A DNA stretch of 26,387 nt from a virus (Duplodnaviria > Caudoviricetes). Positions 25,509 to 26,387 of the stretch are shown here, one piece after another. Both the position numbers and the translations under genes were made by a program. Below the pieces are notes generated by a model. The model did no database searches. It was not told the origin of the DNA and worked only from the letters and a program-made list of their open reading frames with translations. The stretch's first letter is position 1. Each line of letters begins with the position of its first letter. The stretch spans positions 1 to 26,387 of IMG/VR virus record IMGVR_UViG_3300005805_004238, one strand, 5' to 3'.

Positions 25509-26175
25509 AAACGATTTAAAATTTTATAAAGATGATATAGCAAGAATAGATAATTTTGTTACATCAGAAGAAGCAAAAGCAATGATTAAGTACTTTGAAT
25601 CACAAGCACAAATATGGGGAGATATTGCATTCTATAACTCACTTGGAATGGGTTTAGCACCACATGATCAAAGACTTATTGAACTAGGATTGGATCCTAA
25701 ACATTTTGATAACTTAAGAGATAAATTTAAACAAGCATGTGAAATGTTTTTTGAAAGAGAGTTAAGAGCAAATACATCACATGCTCAAAAATGGAAAGTT
25801 GGAGGATTTGCTGCACCACATTCAGACAATTCTGATCACGAAGGAAATCCAAATGCTTTTCACATAAACAAATATGTTGGAATATTGTATTTAAATGATG
25901 ACTACGAAGGTGGAGAATTATACTTTCCAGATCATCAATTAGAATTTCAACCACCAGTTAATTCTTTTATAATGTTTCCAGGAGGACACGAAAATATTCA
26001 TGGAGTTAAAGAAATAACAAAGGGAACTAGATATACAATGGTATCTTTCTGGGATTATGCAGACGCAGTATATGATCAAGAAACTTTAGATAAATGGGAA
26101 AAAGAAATTGAGCAAGTTAGAGAAGAGCAGGCAATACAAAAACAAGAATGGGAGAAAGGAAATAAACTTGCATAG
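25495..26175 (+). CDS. 2OG-Fe(II) oxygenase, prolyl 4-hydroxylase-like
   Basis: HSD...YLNDDYEGGELYFP...FPG...HGV...GTRY. Confidence 0.88.
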   Translation: MTFTKNDLKFYKDDIARIDNFVTSEEAKAMIKYFESQAQIWGDIAFYNSLGMGLAPHDQRLIELGLDPKHFDNLRDKFKQACEMFFERELRANTSHAQKWKVGGFAAPHSDNSDHEGNPNAFHINKYVGILYLNDDYEGGELYFPDHQLEFQPPVNSFIMFPGGHENIHGVKEITKGTRYTMVSFWDYADAVYDQETLDKWEKEIEQVREEQAIQKQEWEKGNKLA

Positions 26176-26387
26176 CCCATATGTTAATCAAAAAATATAT
26201 TATTATAAAAGTGTAATAAAAGATCCACAAGAAATTGTTAATAGTTTAAATGATACAAAAGAATCGTGGAATTTTTATCCTACAAAAGAAAATAATGTAC
26301 AGCCTTATCAAAAAAATTCTTATGAATTTACCGAGTATAAAAAGATAAAGATTGACAGTATAAATACTATTCTTACTGAATGCATAA
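26168..26387 (+). CDS. Partial ORF running off the window, probably another oxygenase
   Basis: Not in ORF track; TTG at 26168 after AAGGA; 73 open codons MHSPYVNQKIYYYKSVIKDPQEIV..., resembling N-termini PKIHVYKGLLKNCEELV and GIHVYRDVL of neighbours. Confidence 0.55.
   Translation, partial: MHSPYVNQKIYYYKSVIKDPQEIVNSLNDTKESWNFYPTKENNVQPYQKNSYEFTEYKKIKIDSINTILTECI

Noticed and set aside
19080-25954. Short minus-strand ORFs at 19080, 22980, 24401 and 25727
   Set aside because: Overlap supported + strand genes and have no recognisable motifs

Overview
AT-rich, gene-dense segment of a tailed phage genome, most likely a freshwater phage of Actinobacteria. The host call is inferred from an actinobacterial-type CDRC/FCxHH small protein, repeated extended -10 (TGnTATAAT) promoters and several apparently leaderless starts. 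Left end (1-3.5 kb): secreted M6-like metalloprotease with a broken zinc motif, a JmjC/cupin and a 2OG-Fe(II) oxygenase, small Cys-rich proteins, a candidate ~100-nt structured RNA and a membrane protein. Middle (3.5-21.9 kb): a translationally coupled block of fibre/appendage genes built from repeated modules (fibre + small adaptor + glycine-rich domain protein), interrupted by an antisense flavin-dependent halogenase/Trp-rich membrane protein operon. The most unusual feature is at 20.3-26.4 kb: two paralogous FN3-(Pro-Pro-Phe-Phe)n proteins, each followed by a different self-cleaving domain (Hint in one, peptidase S74 chaperone in the other), directly upstream of four complete prolyl-hydroxylase-like oxygenases, a probable fifth cut by the window edge, and two related Cys-Pro proteins. 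I propose this is a virion-displayed, post-translationally modified PPFF peptide system (hypothesis). No tRNA, rRNA, CRISPR array, integrase or transposase was seen. Family names come from motif recognition by eye, not database searches.
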